Assembly (NCBI RefSeq): GCF_044647545.1
Contig: NZ_CP172818.1
Origin: Escherichia coli
GTDB taxonomy: Bacteria; Pseudomonadota; Gammaproteobacteria; Enterobacterales; Enterobacteriaceae
Direction: 5' to 3' (one strand)
DNA length: 64,000 nt
Under the pieces are notes generated by a model, which searched no databases, had not been told where the DNA came from, and was given only the letters and a program-made list of their open reading frames with translations. Below, in pieces: positions 41,023 through 54,342 of the stretch; position 1 is the first letter of the stretch; each line of letters begins with the position of its first letter. The translations under genes and the position numbers were made by a program.

Positions 41023-42048
41023 ATGCCTTCAATTCGACTGGCTGATTTAGCGCAGCAGTTGGATGCAGAACTACACGGTGATGGCGATATCGTCATCACC
41101 GGCGTTGCGTCCATGCAATCTGCACAAACAGGTCACATTACGTTCATGGTTAACCCAAAATACCGTGAGCATTTAGGCTTGTGCCAGGCGTCCGCGGTTG
41201 TCATGACCCAGGACGATCTTCCTTTCGCGAAAAGTGCCGCGCTGGTAGTGAAGAATCCCTACCTGACTTACGCGCGCATGGCGCAAATTTTAGATACCAC
41301 GCCGCAGCCCGCGCAGAACATTGCACCCAGTGCAGTGATTGACGCGACGGCGAAGCTGGGTAACAACGTCTCAATTGGCGCTAACGCGGTGATTGAGTCC
41401 GGCGTTGAACTGGGCGATAACGTGATTATCGGTGCCGGTTGCTTCGTAGGTAAAAACAGCAAAATCGGTGCAGGTTCGCGTCTCTGGGCGAACGTAACCA
41501 TTTACCATGAGATCCAGATCGGTCAGAATTGCCTGATCCAGTCCGGAACAGTGGTAGGCGCAGACGGCTTTGGTTATGCCAACGATCGTGGTAACTGGGT
41601 GAAGATCCCGCAGATAGGTCGCGTAATTATTGGCGATCGCGTGGAGATCGGCGCATGTACTACCATCGATCGCGGTGCGCTGGATGACACTGTTATTGGC
41701 AATGGTGTGATCATTGATAACCAGTGCCAGATTGCACATAACGTCGTGATTGGCGACAATACGGCAGTTGCCGGTGGCGTCATTATGGCGGGCAGCCTGA
41801 AAATTGGTCGTTACTGCATGATCGGCGGAGCCAGCGTAATCAACGGGCATATGGAAATATGCGACAAAGTGACGGTTACGGGCATGGGTATGGTGATGCG
41901 TCCCATCACTGAACCAGGCGTCTATTCCTCAGGCATTCCGCTGCAACCCAACAAAGTCTGGCGCAAAACCGCTGCACTGGTGATGAACATTGATGACATG
42001 AGCAAGCGTCTGAAATCGCTTGAGCGCAAGGTTAATCAACAAGACTAA
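41023..42048 (+). CDS. lpxD: UDP-3-O-(3-hydroxymyristoyl)glucosamine N-acyltransferase (341 aa)
   Basis: [51 protein letters not shown]; left-handed beta-helix hexapeptide repeats. Confidence 0.95.
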
Positions 42049-42152
42049 CGTTCCATCTTTTGTTCGCCAAACTTTACGGCCTGTCTCATTCTTACGATTG
42101 CGGCAGGCCGTGTTATTATTGTCGTTTCTTATATTTTGACAGGAAGAGTATC

Positions 42153-42608
42153 TTGACTACTAACACTCATACTCTGCAGATTGAAGAGATTTTAGAACTT
42201 CTGCCGCACCGTTTCCCGTTCTTACTGGTGGATCGCGTGCTGGATTTTGAAGAAGGTCGTTTTCTGCGCGCAGTAAAAAATGTCTCTGTCAATGAGCCAT
42301 TCTTCCAGGGCCATTTCCCTGGAAAACCGATTTTCCCGGGTGTGCTGATTCTGGAAGCAATGGCACAGGCAACAGGTATTCTGGCGTTTAAAAGCGTAGG
42401 AAAACTGGAACCGGGTGAGCTGTACTACTTCGCCGGTATTGACGAAGCGCGCTTTAAGCGCCCGGTCGTGCCTGGCGATCAAATGATCATGGAAGTCACT
42501 TTCGAAAAAACGCGCCGCGGCCTGACCCGTTTTAAAGGGGTTGCTCTGGTCGACGGTAAAGTAGTTTGCGAAGCAACGATGATGTGTGCTCGTAGCCGGG
42601 AGGCCTGA
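42153..42608 (+). CDS. fabZ: 3-hydroxyacyl-ACP dehydratase FabZ (151 aa), TTG start
   Basis: (L)[55 protein letters not shown]; track ORF 42060 is extension. Confidence 0.93.
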
Positions 42609-42611
42609 TAC

Positions 42612-43400
42612 GTGATTGATAAATCCGCCTTTGTGCATCCAACCGCCATTGTGGAAGAGGGCGCGTCGATTGGCGCGAACGCTCACATTGGTCCTTTTTG
42701 TATCGTTGGACCCCATGTCGAAATTGGTGAGGGTACCGTACTGAAATCTCACGTTGTCGTGAATGGTCATACTAAAATTGGCCGCGATAATGAGATTTAT
42801 CAGTTCGCCTCCATCGGCGAAGTTAACCAGGATCTGAAATATGCTGGCGAACCGACCCGCGTGGAAATCGGCGATCGTAACCGCATTCGCGAAAGCGTCA
42901 CCATTCATCGTGGCACAGTCCAGGGCGGTGGATTGACGAAGGTGGGCAGCGACAACTTACTGATGATCAATGCGCACATTGCGCACGATTGTACGGTAGG
43001 TAACCGCTGCATCCTCGCCAACAACGCAACGCTGGCGGGTCACGTATCGGTTGACGACTTCGCGATCATCGGCGGCATGACCGCAGTCCATCAGTTCTGC
43101 ATCATTGGTGCGCATGTGATGGTTGGCGGCTGCTCCGGTGTGGCGCAGGACGTCCCTCCTTATGTCATTGCGCAGGGTAACCACGCAACGCCGTTCGGTG
43201 TCAATATCGAAGGGCTGAAGCGCCGCGGATTCAGCCGTGAGGCGATTACCGCTATCCGCAATGCGTATAAGCTGATTTATCGTAGCGGTAAAACGCTCGA
43301 TGAAGTGAAACCGGAAATTGCTGAACTGGCGGAAACATATCCGGAAGTGAAAGCCTTTACCGATTTCTTTGCACGCTCAACGCGCGGTCTGATTCGTTAA
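42612..43400 (+). CDS. lpxA: UDP-N-acetylglucosamine acyltransferase (262 aa), GTG start
   Basis: [69 protein letters not shown]. Confidence 0.95.
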
Positions 43401-44548
43401 TGACTGAACAGCGTCCATTAACGATTGCCCTGGTCGCCGGAGAAACCTCCGGCGATATCCTGGGGGCCGGTTTAATCCGTGCTCTGAAAGAACGTGTGCC
43501 CAATGCCCGCTTTGTTGGTGTTGCCGGGCCACGAATGCAAGCCGAAGGCTGCGAAGCCTGGTACGAAATGGAAGAGCTGGCGGTGATGGGCATTGTTGAA
43601 GTGCTCGGGCGTCTGCGCCGCTTACTGCATATTCGTGCCGATCTGACAAAGCGTTTTGGCGAACTGAAGCCAGATGTTTTTGTCGGTATTGATGCGCCTG
43701 ACTTCAATATTACCCTTGAAGGTAACCTTAAAAAGCAGGGGATCAAAACCATTCATTATGTCAGCCCGTCCGTCTGGGCGTGGCGACAGAAACGCGTTTT
43801 CAAAATAGGCAGAGCCACCGATCTGGTGCTCGCATTTCTGCCTTTCGAAAAAGCGTTTTATGACAAATACAACGTACCGTGCCGCTTTATCGGTCATACC
43901 ATGGCTGATGCCATGCCATTAGATCCAGATAAAAATGGTGCCCGTGATGTGCTGGGGATCTCTCACGATGCCCACTGTCTGGCATTGTTGCCGGGCAGCC
44001 GTGGTGCAGAAGTCGAAATGCTTAGCGCCGATTTTCTGAAAACGGCCCAGCTTTTGCGCCAGACATATCCGGATCTCGAAATCGTGGTGCCGCTGGTGAA
44101 TGCCAAACGCCGCGAGCAGTTTGAACGCATCAAAGCTGAAGTTGCGCCAGACCTGTCGGTTCATATGCTGGATGGGTTGGGCCGTGAGGCGATGGTCGCC
44201 AGTGATGCGGCGCTACTGGCGTCGGGTACGGCAGCACTGGAGTGTATGCTGGCTAAATGCCCGATGGTAGTGGGATATCGCATGAAGCCTTTTACCTTCT
44301 GGCTGGCGAAGCGACTGGTGAAAACTGATTATGTCTCTCTACCCAATTTGCTGGCGGGCAGAGAGTTAGTCAAAGAGTTATTGCAGGAAGAGTGTGAGCC
44401 GCAAAAACTGGCTGCGGCGCTGTTACCGCTGTTGGCGAACGGGAAAACCAGCCACGCGATGCACGATACCTTCCGTGAACTGCATCAGCAGATCCGCTGC
44501 AATGCCGATGAGCAGGCGGCACAAGCCGTTCTGGAGTTAGCACAATGA
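43400..44548 (+). CDS. lpxB: lipid-A-disaccharide synthase (382 aa)
   Basis: [64 protein letters not shown]. Confidence 0.95.
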   Translation: MTEQRPLTIALVAGETSGDILGAGLIRALKERVPNARFVGVAGPRMQAEGCEAWYEMEELAVMGIVEVLGRLRRLLHIRADLTKRFGELKPDVFVGIDAPDFNITLEGNLKKQGIKTIHYVSPSVWAWRQKRVFKIGRATDLVLAFLPFEKAFYDKYNVPCRFIGHTMADAMPLDPDKNGARDVLGISHDAHCLALLPGSRGAEVEMLSADFLKTAQLLRQTYPDLEIVVPLVNAKRREQFERIKAEVAPDLSVHMLDGLGREAMVASDAALLASGTAALECMLAKCPMVVGYRMKPFTFWLAKRLVKTDYVSLPNLLAGRELVKELLQEECEPQKLAAALLPLLANGKTSHAMHDTFRELHQQIRCNADEQAAQAVLELAQ

Positions 44549-45141
44549 TCGAATTTGTTTATCCGCACACGCAGCTGGTTGCGGGTGTGGATGAAGTCGG
44601 ACGCGGGCCGTTAGTTGGCGCGGTCGTCACCGCTGCAGTGATCCTTGACCCGTCGCGCCCGATTGCCGGGCTGAATGATTCCAAAAAGCTGAGCGAAAAA
44701 CGCCGTCTGGCGCTCTGCGAAGAGATCAAAGAGAAAGCGTTGAGCTGGAGTCTGGGCCGCGCGGAACCCCACGAAATCGACGAACTGAATATTTTACACG
44801 CGACCATGCTGGCGATGCAGCGTGCCGTCGCTGGGCTGCATATTGCGCCGGAATATGTGTTGATTGATGGTAACCGCTGCCCGAAATTACCGATGCCTGC
44901 GATGGCTGTGGTGAAAGGCGATAGCCGCGTACCGGAAATCAGTGCCGCGTCTATCCTGGCGAAAGTGACGCGTGACGCCGAAATGGCGGCGCTGGATATT
45001 GTTTTCCCGCAATATGGTTTTGCCCAACACAAAGGGTATCCAACCGCTTTTCATCTGGAAAAACTGGCTGAATATGGCGCGACTGAACATCATCGTCGCA
45101 GCTTTGGGCCTGTCAAACGCGCACTGGGACTTGCGTCCTGA
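44545..45141 (+). CDS. rnhB: ribonuclease HII (198 aa)
   Basis: [36 protein letters not shown]...; 4-bp overlap with lpxB. Confidence 0.95.
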   Translation: MIEFVYPHTQLVAGVDEVGRGPLVGAVVTAAVILDPSRPIAGLNDSKKLSEKRRLALCEEIKEKALSWSLGRAEPHEIDELNILHATMLAMQRAVAGLHIAPEYVLIDGNRCPKLPMPAMAVVKGDSRVPEISAASILAKVTRDAEMAALDIVFPQYGFAQHKGYPTAFHLEKLAEYGATEHHRRSFGPVKRALGLAS

Positions 45142-45177
45142 TTCTTGTGTCGAGATTAAGTAAACCGGAATCTGAAG

Positions 45178-48100
45178 ATGTCTGAACCACGTTTCGTACA
45201 CCTGCGGGTGCACAGCGACTACTCGATGATCGATGGCCTGGCCAAAACCGCACCGCTGGTAAAAAAGGCGGCGGCGTTGGGTATGCCAGCACTGGCGATC
45301 ACCGATTTCACCAACCTTTGTGGTCTGGTGAAGTTCTACGGAGCGGGACATGGCGCAGGGATTAAGCCTATCGTCGGGGCAGATTTTAATGTCCAGTGTG
45401 ACCTGCTGGGTGATGAGTTAACCCACCTGACGGTGCTGGCGGCGAACAATACCGGCTATCAGAATCTGACGTTGCTGATCTCAAAAGCGTATCAGCGCGG
45501 GTACGGTGCCGCCGGGCCGATCATCGATCGCGACTGGCTTATCGAATTAAACGAAGGGTTGATCCTTCTTTCCGGCGGGCGCATGGGCGACGTTGGACGC
45601 AGTCTTTTGCGTGGTAACAGCGCGCTGGTAGATGAGTGTGTCGCGTTTTATGAAGAACACTTCCCGGATCGCTATTTTCTCGAGCTGATCCGCACCGGCA
45701 GGCCGGACGAAGAAAGCTATCTGCACGCGGCGGTGGAACTGGCGGAAGCGCGCGGTTTACCCGTCGTGGCGACCAACGACGTGCGCTTTATCGACAGCAG
45801 CGACTTTGACGCACACGAAATCCGCGTCGCGATCCACGACGGCTTTACCCTCGACGATCCTAAACGCCCGCGTAACTATTCGCCGCAGCAATATATGCGT
45901 AGCGAAGAGGAGATGTGTGAGCTGTTTGCCGACATCCCCGAAGCCCTTGCCAACACCGTTGAGATCGCCAAACGCTGTAACGTGACCGTGCGCCTTGGTG
46001 AATACTTCCTGCCGCAGTTCCCGACCGGGGACATGAGCACCGAAGATTATCTGGTCAAGCGTGCAAAAGAAGGCCTGGAAGAGCGTCTGGCCTTTTTATT
46101 CCCTGACGAGGAAGAACGTCTGAAGCGCCGCCCGGAATATGACGAGCGTCTGGAGACTGAACTTCAGGTTATCAACCAGATGGGCTTCCCGGGTTACTTC
46201 CTCATCGTTATGGAATTTATCCAGTGGTCGAAAGATAACGGCGTACCGGTAGGGCCAGGCCGTGGCTCCGGTGCGGGTTCACTGGTGGCCTACGCGCTGA
46301 AAATCACCGACCTCGATCCGCTGGAATTTGACCTGCTGTTCGAACGTTTCCTTAACCCGGAACGTGTCTCCATGCCTGACTTCGACGTTGACTTCTGTAT
46401 GGAGAAACGCGACCAGGTTATCGAACACGTCGCGGACATGTACGGTCGTGATGCGGTATCGCAGATTATCACCTTCGGTACGATGGCGGCGAAAGCGGTG
46501 ATCCGCGACGTAGGCCGCGTACTGGGGCATCCGTACGGCTTTGTCGACCGTATCTCGAAACTGATCCCGCCCGATCCGGGGATGACGCTGGCGAAAGCGT
46601 TTGAAGCCGAGCCGCAGCTGCCGGAAATCTACGAAGCGGATGAAGAAGTTAAGGCGCTGATCGACATGGCGCGCAAACTGGAAGGGGTCACCCGTAACGC
46701 CGGTAAGCACGCCGGTGGGGTGGTTATCGCACCGACCAAAATTACCGATTTTGCGCCGCTTTACTGCGATGAAGAGGGCAAACATCCAGTCACCCAGTTT
46801 GATAAAAGCGACGTTGAATACGCCGGACTGGTGAAGTTCGACTTCCTTGGTTTGCGTACGCTCACCATCATCAACTGGGCGCTGGAGATGATCAACAAGC
46901 GGCGGGCGAAGAATGGCGAGCCGCCGCTGGATATTGCCGCGATCCCGCTGGATGACAAGAAAAGCTTCGACATGCTGCAACGCTCGGAAACCACGGCGGT
47001 ATTCCAGCTTGAATCGCGCGGCATGAAGGACCTGATCAAGCGTCTGCAACCTGACTGCTTCGAAGATATGATCGCACTGGTGGCACTGTTCCGCCCCGGT
47101 CCGTTGCAATCAGGGATGGTGGATAACTTTATCGACCGTAAACATGGTCGCGAAGAGATCTCCTATCCGGACGTGCAGTGGCAGCATGAAAGCCTGAAAC
47201 CGGTACTGGAGCCAACCTACGGCATCATCCTGTATCAGGAACAGGTCATGCAGATTGCCCAGGTGCTTTCTGGTTATACCCTCGGTGGCGCGGATATGCT
47301 GCGTCGTGCGATGGGTAAGAAAAAGCCGGAAGAGATGGCTAAGCAGCGTTCTGTATTTGCTGAAGGTGCAGAAAAGAACGGAATCAACGCCGAACTGGCG
47401 ATGAAAATCTTCGACCTGGTGGAGAAATTCGCGGGTTACGGATTTAACAAATCGCACTCTGCGGCCTATGCTTTGGTGTCATATCAAACGTTATGGCTGA
47501 AAGCGCACTATCCGGCGGAGTTTATGGCGGCGGTAATGACCGCCGATATGGACAACACCGAGAAGGTGGTGGGCCTGGTGGATGAGTGCTGGCGGATGGG
47601 GCTGAAAATCCTACCGCCGGATATAAACTCCGGTCTTTACCATTTCCACGTCAACGACGACGGCGAAATCGTGTATGGTATTGGCGCGATCAAAGGGGTA
47701 GGTGAAGGCCCGATTGAGGCCATCATCGAAGCCCGCAATAAAGGCGGCTACTTCCGCGAACTGTTTGATCTCTGCGCCCGTACCGACACCAAAAAGTTAA
47801 ACCGGCGAGTGCTGGAAAAACTGATCATGTCCGGGGCGTTTGACCGTCTTGGGCCACACCGCGCGGCGCTGATGAACTCGCTGGGCGATGCGTTAAAAGC
47901 GGCAGATCAACACGCGAAAGCGGAAGCTATCGGTCAGGCCGATATGTTCGGCGTGCTGGCCGAAGAGCCGGAACAAATTGAACAATCCTACGCCAGCTGC
48001 CAACCGTGGCCGGAGCAGGTGGTGTTAGATGGGGAACGCGAAACGTTAGGTCTGTACCTCACGGGACACCCTATCAACCAGTATTTAAAAGAGATTGAGC

Positions 48101-48660
48101 GTTATGTCGGAGGCGTAAGGCTGAAAGACATGCACCCGACAGAACGTGGTAAAGTCATCACGGCTGCGGGGCTCGTTGTTGCCGCGCGGGTTATGGTCAC
48201 CAAGCGCGGCAATCGTATCGGTATCTGCACGCTGGATGACCGTTCCGGGCGGCTGGAAGTGATGTTGTTTACTGACGCCCTGGATAAATACCAGCAATTG
48301 CTGGAAAAAGACCGCATACTTATCGTCAGCGGACAGGTCAGCTTTGATGACTTCAGCGGTGGGCTTAAAATGACCGCTCGCGAAGTGATGGATATTGACG
48401 AAGCCCGGGAAAAATATGCTCGCGGGCTTGCTATCTCGCTGACGGACAGGCAAATTGATGACCAGCTTTTAAACCGACTCCGTCAGTCTCTGGAACCCCA
48501 CCGCTCTGGGACAATTCCAGTACATCTCTACTATCAGAGGGCGGATGCACGCGCGCGGTTGCGTTTTGGCGCGACGTGGCGTGTCTCTCCGAGCGATCGT
48601 TTATTAAACGATCTCCGTGGCCTCATTGGTTCGGAGCAGGTGGAACTGGAGTTTGACTAA
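45178..48660 (+). CDS. dnaE: DNA polymerase III alpha subunit (1160 aa)
   Basis: [54 protein letters not shown] (PHP domain) ... 1160 aa. Confidence 0.97.
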   Translation: MSEPRFVHLRVHSDYSMIDGLAKTAPLVKKAAALGMPALAITDFTNLCGLVKFYGAGHGAGIKPIVGADFNVQCDLLGDELTHLTVLAANNTGYQNLTLLISKAYQRGYGAAGPIIDRDWLIELNEGLILLSGGRMGDVGRSLLRGNSALVDECVAFYEEHFPDRYFLELIRTGRPDEESYLHAAVELAEARGLPVVATNDVRFIDSSDFDAHEIRVAIHDGFTLDDPKRPRNYSPQQYMRSEEEMCELFADIPEALANTVEIAKRCNVTVRLGEYFLPQFPTGDMSTEDYLVKRAKEGLEERLAFLFPDEEERLKRRPEYDERLETELQVINQMGFPGYFLIVMEFIQWSKDNGVPVGPGRGSGAGSLVAYALKITDLDPLEFDLLFERFLNPERVSMPDFDVDFCMEKRDQVIEHVADMYGRDAVSQIITFGTMAAKAVIRDVGRVLGHPYGFVDRISKLIPPDPGMTLAKAFEAEPQLPEIYEADEEVKALIDMARKLEGVTRNAGKHAGGVVIAPTKITDFAPLYCDEEGKHPVTQFDKSDVEYAGLVKFDFLGLRTLTIINWALEMINKRRAKNGEPPLDIAAIPLDDKKSFDMLQRSETTAVFQLESRGMKDLIKRLQPDCFEDMIALVALFRPGPLQSGMVDNFIDRKHGREEISYPDVQWQHESLKPVLEPTYGIILYQEQVMQIAQVLSGYTLGGADMLRRAMGKKKPEEMAKQRSVFAEGAEKNGINAELAMKIFDLVEKFAGYGFNKSHSAAYALVSYQTLWLKAHYPAEFMAAVMTADMDNTEKVVGLVDECWRMGLKILPPDINSGLYHFHVNDDGEIVYGIGAIKGVGEGPIEAIIEARNKGGYFRELFDLCARTDTKKLNRRVLEKLIMSGAFDRLGPHRAALMNSLGDALKAADQHAKAEAIGQADMFGVLAEEPEQIEQSYASCQPWPEQVVLDGERETLGLYLTGHPINQYLKEIERYVGGVRLKDMHPTERGKVITAAGLVVAARVMVTKRGNRIGICTLDDRSGRLEVMLFTDALDKYQQLLEKDRILIVSGQVSFDDFSGGLKMTAREVMDIDEAREKYARGLAISLTDRQIDDQLLNRLRQSLEPHRSGTIPVHLYYQRADARARLRFGATWRVSPSDRLLNDLRGLIGSEQVELEFD

Positions 48661-48672
48661 TACAGGAATACT

Positions 48673-49632
48673 ATGAGTCTGAATTTCCTTGATTTTGAAC
48701 AGCCGATTGCAGAGCTGGAAGCGAAAATCGATTCTCTGACTGCGGTTAGCCGTCAGGATGAGAAACTGGATATTAATATCGATGAAGAAGTGCATCGTCT
48801 GCGTGAAAAAAGCGTAGAACTGACGCGTAAAATCTTCGCCGATCTCGGTGCATGGCAGATTGCGCAACTGGCACGCCATCCACAGCGTCCTTATACCCTG
48901 GATTACGTTCGCCTGGCATTTGATGAATTTGACGAACTGGCTGGCGACCGCGCGTATGCAGACGATAAAGCTATCGTCGGTGGTATCGCCCGTCTCGATG
49001 GTCGTCCGGTGATGATCATTGGTCATCAAAAAGGTCGTGAAACCAAAGAAAAAATTCGCCGTAACTTTGGTATGCCAGCGCCAGAAGGTTACCGCAAAGC
49101 ACTGCGTCTGATGCAAATGGCTGAACGCTTTAAGATGCCAATCATCACCTTTATCGACACCCCGGGGGCTTATCCGGGCGTGGGCGCAGAAGAACGCGGT
49201 CAGTCTGAAGCCATTGCACGCAACCTGCGTGAAATGTCTCGCCTTAGCGTACCGACTATTTGTACCGTTATCGGTGAAGGTGGTTCTGGCGGCGCGCTGG
49301 CGATTGGCGTGGGCGATAAAGTGAATATGCTGCAATACAGCACCTATTCCGTTATCTCGCCGGAAGGTTGTGCGTCCATTCTGTGGAAGAGCGCCGACAA
49401 AGCGCCGCTGGCGGCTGAAGCGATGGGTATCATCGCTCCGCGTCTGAAAGAGCTGAAACTGATCGACTCCATCATCCCGGAACCGCTGGGCGGCGCTCAC
49501 CGTAACCCGGAAGCGATGGCGGCATCGTTGAAAGCGCAACTGCTGGCGGATCTGGCCGATCTCGACGTGTTAAGCACTGAAGATTTAAAAAATCGTCGTT
49601 ATCAGCGCCTGATGAGCTACGGTTACGCGTAA
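48673..49632 (+). CDS. accA: acetyl-CoA carboxylase carboxyltransferase alpha subunit (319 aa)
   Basis: [62 protein letters not shown]. Confidence 0.96.
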
Positions 49633-49652
49633 TTCGCAAAAGTTCTGAAAAA

Positions 49653-49677
49653 GGGTCACTTCGGTGGCCCTTTTTTA
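49653..49677 (+). terminator. rho-independent terminator of accA
   Basis: gggtcac-ttcg-gtggccc followed by tttttt. Confidence 0.7.
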
Positions 49678-49730
49678 TCGCCACGGTTTGAGCAGGCTAT
49701 GATTAAGGAAGGATTTTCCAGGAGGAACAC

Positions 49731-51872
49731 ATGAACATCATTGCCATTATGGGACCGCATGGCGTCTTTTATAAAGATGAGCCCATCAAAGAACTGGAGT
49801 CGGCGCTGGTGGCGCAAGGCTTTCAGATTATCTGGCCACAAAACAGCGTTGATTTGCTGAAATTTATCGAACATAACCCTCGAATTTGCGGCGTGATTTT
49901 TGACTGGGATGAGTACAGTCTCGATTTATGTAGCGATATCAATCAGCTTAATGAATATCTCCCGCTTTATGCCTTCATCAACACCCACTCGACGATGGAT
50001 GTCAGCGTGCAGGATATGCGGATGGCGCTCTGGTTTTTTGAATATGCGCTGGGGCAGGCGGAAGATATCGCCATTCGTATGCGTCAGTACACCGACGAAT
50101 ATCTTGATAACATTACACCGCCGTTCACGAAAGCCTTGTTTACCTACGTCAAAGAGCGGAAGTACACCTTTTGTACGCCGGGTCATATGGGCGGCACCGC
50201 ATATCAAAAAAGCCCGGTTGGCTGTCTGTTTTATGATTTTTTCGGCGGGAATACTCTTAAGGCTGATGTCTCTATTTCGGTTACCGAGCTTGGTTCGTTG
50301 CTCGACCACACCGGGCCACACCTGGAAGCAGAAGAGTACATCGCGCGGACTTTTGACGCGGAACAGAGTTATATCGTTACCAACGGAACATCGACGTCGA
50401 ACAAAATTGTGGGTATGTACGCCGCGCCGTCCGGCAGTACGCTGTTAATTGACCGCAATTGTCATAAATCGCTGGCGCATCTGTTGATGATGAACGATGT
50501 AGTGCCAGTCTGGCTGAAACCGACGCGTAATGCGTTGGGGATTCTTGGTGGGATCCCGCGCCGTGAATTTTCTCGCGACAGTATCGAAGAGAAAGTCGCT
50601 GCCACCACGCAAGCACAATGGCCGGTTCATGCGGTGATCACCAACTCAACCTATGATGGCTTGCTCTACAACACCGACTGGATCAAACAGACGCTGGATG
50701 TCCCCTCGATCCACTTCGATTCCGCCTGGGTGCCGTACACCCATTTTCATCCGATCTACCAGGGTAAAAGTGGTATGAGCGGCGAGCGTGTTGCGGGAAA
50801 AGTGATCTTCGAAACGCAATCGACCCACAAAATGCTGGCGGCGTTATCCCAGGCTTCGCTGATCCACATTAAAGGTGAGTATGACGAAGAGGCGTTTAAC
50901 GAAGCCTTTATGATGCATACCACCACCTCACCCAGTTATCCCATTGTTGCTTCGGTTGAGACGGCGGCGGCGATGCTGCGTGGTAATCCGGGCAAACGGC
51001 TGATTAACCGTTCGGTGGAGCGGGCGCTGCATTTTCGCAAAGAGGTCCAGCGGCTGCGGGAAGAGTCTGACGGCTGGTTTTTCGATATCTGGCAACCGCC
51101 GCAGGTGGATGAAGCCGAATGCTGGCCCGTTGCGCCTGGCGAACAGTGGCACGGCTTTAACGATGCGGATGCCGATCATATGTTTCTCGATCCGGTTAAA
51201 GTCACTATTTTGACACCGGGGATGGACGAGCAGGGCAATATGAGCGAGGAGGGGATCCCGGCGGCGCTGGTAGCAAAATTCCTCGACGAACGAGGGATCG
51301 TAGTAGAGAAAACCGGTCCTTATAACCTGCTGTTTCTCTTTAGTATTGGAATCGATAAAACCAAAGCAATGGGATTATTGCGTGGGTTGACGGAATTTAA
51401 GCGCTCTTACGATCTCAACCTGCGGATCAAAAATATGCTGCCCGATCTCTATGCTGAAGATCCCGATTTCTACCGCAATATGCGCATTCAGGATCTGGCG
51501 CAAGGGATCCATAAGCTGATTCGTAAACACGATCTTCCCGGTTTGATGTTGCGGGCATTTGATACCTTGCCGGAGATGATCATGACGCCACATCAGGCAT
51601 GGCAGAGACAGATTAAAGGTGAAGTAGAAACCATTGCGCTGGAACAACTGGTCGGTAGAGTATCGGCAAATATGATCCTGCCTTATCCACCGGGCGTACC
51701 GCTGTTGATGCCTGGAGAAATGCTGACCAAAGAGAGCCGCACAGTACTCGATTTTCTACTGATGCTTTGTTCCGTAGGGCAACATTACCCCGGTTTTGAA
51801 ACGGATATTCACGGCGCGAAACAGGACGAAGATGGCGTTTACCGCGTACGAGTCCTAAAAATGGCGGGATAA
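49731..51872 (+). CDS. ldcC: constitutive lysine decarboxylase (713 aa)
   Basis: MNIIAIMGPHGVFYKDEPIKELESALVAQGFQIIWPQNSVDLLKFIEHNPRICGVIFDWDEY...; PLP site STHK. Confidence 0.95.
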   Translation: MNIIAIMGPHGVFYKDEPIKELESALVAQGFQIIWPQNSVDLLKFIEHNPRICGVIFDWDEYSLDLCSDINQLNEYLPLYAFINTHSTMDVSVQDMRMALWFFEYALGQAEDIAIRMRQYTDEYLDNITPPFTKALFTYVKERKYTFCTPGHMGGTAYQKSPVGCLFYDFFGGNTLKADVSISVTELGSLLDHTGPHLEAEEYIARTFDAEQSYIVTNGTSTSNKIVGMYAAPSGSTLLIDRNCHKSLAHLLMMNDVVPVWLKPTRNALGILGGIPRREFSRDSIEEKVAATTQAQWPVHAVITNSTYDGLLYNTDWIKQTLDVPSIHFDSAWVPYTHFHPIYQGKSGMSGERVAGKVIFETQSTHKMLAALSQASLIHIKGEYDEEAFNEAFMMHTTTSPSYPIVASVETAAAMLRGNPGKRLINRSVERALHFRKEVQRLREESDGWFFDIWQPPQVDEAECWPVAPGEQWHGFNDADADHMFLDPVKVTILTPGMDEQGNMSEEGIPAALVAKFLDERGIVVEKTGPYNLLFLFSIGIDKTKAMGLLRGLTEFKRSYDLNLRIKNMLPDLYAEDPDFYRNMRIQDLAQGIHKLIRKHDLPGLMLRAFDTLPEMIMTPHQAWQRQIKGEVETIALEQLVGRVSANMILPYPPGVPLLMPGEMLTKESRTVLDFLLMLCSVGQHYPGFETDIHGAKQDEDGVYRVRVLKMAG

Positions 51873-51928
51873 CTTGCCAGAGCGGCTTCCGGGCGAGTAA
51901 CGTGCTGTTAACAAATAAAGGAGACGTT

Positions 51929-52318
51929 ATGCTGGGTTTAAAACAGGTTCACCATATTGCGATTATTGCGACGGATTATGCGGTGAGCAAAGCTTTCTAC
52001 TGCGATATTCTTGGTTTCACGCTGCAAAGCGAAGTCTATCGCGAAGCGCGCGACTCGTGGAAAGGGGATTTGGCGCTTAATGGGCAATATGTGATTGAGC
52101 TTTTCTCATTTCCGTTCCCGCCGGAGCGCCCCAGCCGACCGGAAGCTTGCGGCCTGCGTCATCTGGCTTTTAGCGTTGATGATATCGATGCGGCAGTGGC
52201 GCACCTTGAAAGCCATAACGTGAAGTGTGAAGCCATCCGTGTCGATCCATACACGCAAAAACGCTTCACGTTCTTTAACGATCCCGACGGGCTGCCGTTG
52301 GAACTGTATGAGCAGTAA
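51929..52318 (+). CDS. yaeR: glyoxalase/VOC-family protein YaeR (129 aa)
   Basis: MLGLKQVHHIAIIATDYAVSKAFYCDILGFTLQSEVYREARDSWKGDLALNGQYVIELF. Confidence 0.88.
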   Translation: MLGLKQVHHIAIIATDYAVSKAFYCDILGFTLQSEVYREARDSWKGDLALNGQYVIELFSFPFPPERPSRPEACGLRHLAFSVDDIDAAVAHLESHNVKCEAIRVDPYTQKRFTFFNDPDGLPLELYEQ

Positions 52319-52382
52319 GGCTTGTCATCGCCGCATTTGCCCGGTAACGTGCCGGGCATTGCTACTGTAAAATCGCACCATC

Positions 52383-53681
52383 ATGACACTCACGCTCAAT
52401 AGACAACTTCTCTCCTCACGCCAGATTCTGGTGGCCTTTAGCGGCGGGCTTGACTCCACCGTTCTGCTGCATCAGTTGGTGCAGTGGCGGACGGAAAATC
52501 CGGGCGTCACTCTACGCGCTATCCATGTGCATCACGGTTTAAGTGCCAATGCCGATGCCTGGGTTAGGCATTGCGAGAACATCTGCCAACAGTGGCAGGT
52601 GCCGCTGGTGGTCGAGCGCGTGCAACTTGCGCAAGAAGGACTGGGCATTGAGGCCCAGGCGCGGCAGGTGCGTTATCAGGCATTTGCTCGTACCCTGTTA
52701 CCCGGTGAAGTGCTGGTCACCGCGCAACATCTCGACGATCAATGTGAAACCTTTCTGCTGGCGCTAAAACGCGGTAGCGGCCCTGCCGGGCTTTCGGCTA
52801 TGGCGGAAGTCTCGGAGTTTGCCGGAACGCGGCTTATCCGCCCGTTGCTCGCCCGCACGCGGGGAGAACTGGTGCAGTGGGCGCGTCAGTATGATTTACG
52901 CTGGATTGAAGACGAAAGTAATCAGGATGATAGCTACGATCGTAACTTCCTGCGCCTGCGCGTGGTGCCGTTATTGCAGCAGCGTTGGCCGCATTTTGCC
53001 GAAGCAACGGCCCGCAGCGCTGCGCTTTGCGCTGAACAAGAGAGCCTGTTAGATGAACTGCTGGCGGATGATATAGCGCACTGTCAAAAGCCGCAGGGGA
53101 CGCTGCAGATTGCGCCAATGCTGGCGATGAGTGATGCCCGCCGCGCGGCGATTATCCGCCGCTGGCTGGCAGGGCAGAATGCACCGATGCCTTCCCGCGA
53201 CGCGTTGGTGAGGATCTGGCAGGAAGTGGCGCTGGCGCGGGAAGATGCTTCCCCCTGTTTACGTCTGGGCGCGTTTGAAATCCGCCGCTATCAGTCGCAA
53301 CTGTGGTGGATTAAATCCGTTGCCGGGCAAAGCGAAACCATTGTGCCGTGGCAGACGTGGCTACAACCGCTGGAATTACCGGCGGGACTGGGAAGTGTAC
53401 AGCTTACTGCGGGAGGCGATATTCGCCCTCCGCGTGCAGACGAAGCGGTCAGCGTGCGTTTCAAAGCGCCAGGATTGCTGCATATTATCGGGCGCAACGG
53501 CGGACGTAAGCTGAAGAAAATCTGGCAAGAGCTGGGTGTGCCGCCGTGGCTACGTGACACCACGCCACTGCTGTTTTATGGCGAAACGTTGATTGCGGCG
53601 GCAGGGGTATTTGTGACGCAAGAAGGTGTGGCTGAAGGTGAGAATGGCGTCAGTCTTGTCTGGCAGAAAACGCTTAGTTAA
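52383..53681 (+). CDS. tilS: tRNA(Ile)-lysidine synthetase (432 aa)
   Basis: [54 protein letters not shown] (PP-loop SGGLDS). Confidence 0.93.
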   Translation: MTLTLNRQLLSSRQILVAFSGGLDSTVLLHQLVQWRTENPGVTLRAIHVHHGLSANADAWVRHCENICQQWQVPLVVERVQLAQEGLGIEAQARQVRYQAFARTLLPGEVLVTAQHLDDQCETFLLALKRGSGPAGLSAMAEVSEFAGTRLIRPLLARTRGELVQWARQYDLRWIEDESNQDDSYDRNFLRLRVVPLLQQRWPHFAEATARSAALCAEQESLLDELLADDIAHCQKPQGTLQIAPMLAMSDARRAAIIRRWLAGQNAPMPSRDALVRIWQEVALAREDASPCLRLGAFEIRRYQSQLWWIKSVAGQSETIVPWQTWLQPLELPAGLGSVQLTAGGDIRPPRADEAVSVRFKAPGLLHIIGRNGGRKLKKIWQELGVPPWLRDTTPLLFYGETLIAAAGVFVTQEGVAEGENGVSLVWQKTLS

Positions 53682-53687
53682 GTGAAA

Positions 53688-53720
53688 GCCGGATAAGACG
53701 CTTCAAACGTCGCATCCGGC
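53688..53720. repeat. single REP-like palindromic unit between convergent tilS and rof
   Basis: gccggataagacgcttcaaacgtcgcatccggc. Confidence 0.65.
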
Positions 53721-53729
53721 GAAAGTCAA

Positions 53730-53984
53730 TCAGGACTCGCTCACCACCACCGTACCAATTTCCGGGTGGCTAAAGCTGGTAATTTTATCCAGACGTAGCT
53801 CGCGGGTTTCGCCAGCAGCTTCGACGACCAGATATTCCACATTTTTGCGGGAGACTAAATCGCTGGCCTTCCCCTGCAGTTTTTCGCCATCTTTCAGCTC
53901 AAGTGTCAGCATTAAATGATGCTGGCAGGCGAGCTCAAGATTATCGTAATCATCACAATTGATTGGTTGATACGTATCATTCAT
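53730..53984 (-). CDS. rof: Rho-binding antiterminator Rof (84 aa)
   Basis: [71 protein letters not shown]. Confidence 0.88.
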
Positions 53985-54177
53985 TGACATAATCGCTCAC
54001 CAGTAAGTTTGCCGCAGCGTATGCTGCTTTTTCCCTGACAGCCTCAGAAAGGGCATCGTCGGCAGCCATTTCATTCAGCACTTTCAAAACGCAGCCCAGC
54101 GCGTCCGGAACGTATCCTAAGTCTCCGCTGGCGATTTCCGCGTACCGCTTGCGTATTAACTCACAATATTTTTCCAC
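53977..54177 (-). CDS. yaeP: UPF0253 protein YaeP (66 aa), probable GTG start
   Basis: (M)[65 protein letters not shown]; overlaps rof start. Confidence 0.8.
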
Positions 54178-54342
54178 ATGCCCTCCTGTCAGCACTCTGA
54201 CTTAACCGTGGATGCAAGTCTAAGCCTACGAAGATAAACTCTGTTTCGCAAGGTGACTATACCACACTCATTTCTGCAATATCAGCGCCGCAACTGCACG
54301 TATTCCGTTACAATGGCCTCCTGATTCGAAAGGAGTTTTCTT

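Noticed and set aside
46279-47109. Other long antisense ORFs: 46279..47109(-) in dnaE, 48604..49539(-) in accA, 57877..58575(+) in proS, 42222..42908(-) in fabZ/lpxA, 25605..26264(+) in dapD, 683..1141(+) in dksA
   Set aside because: Each lies entirely opposite a well-supported conserved gene and has no independent start or RBS signal; they are shadow ORFs.
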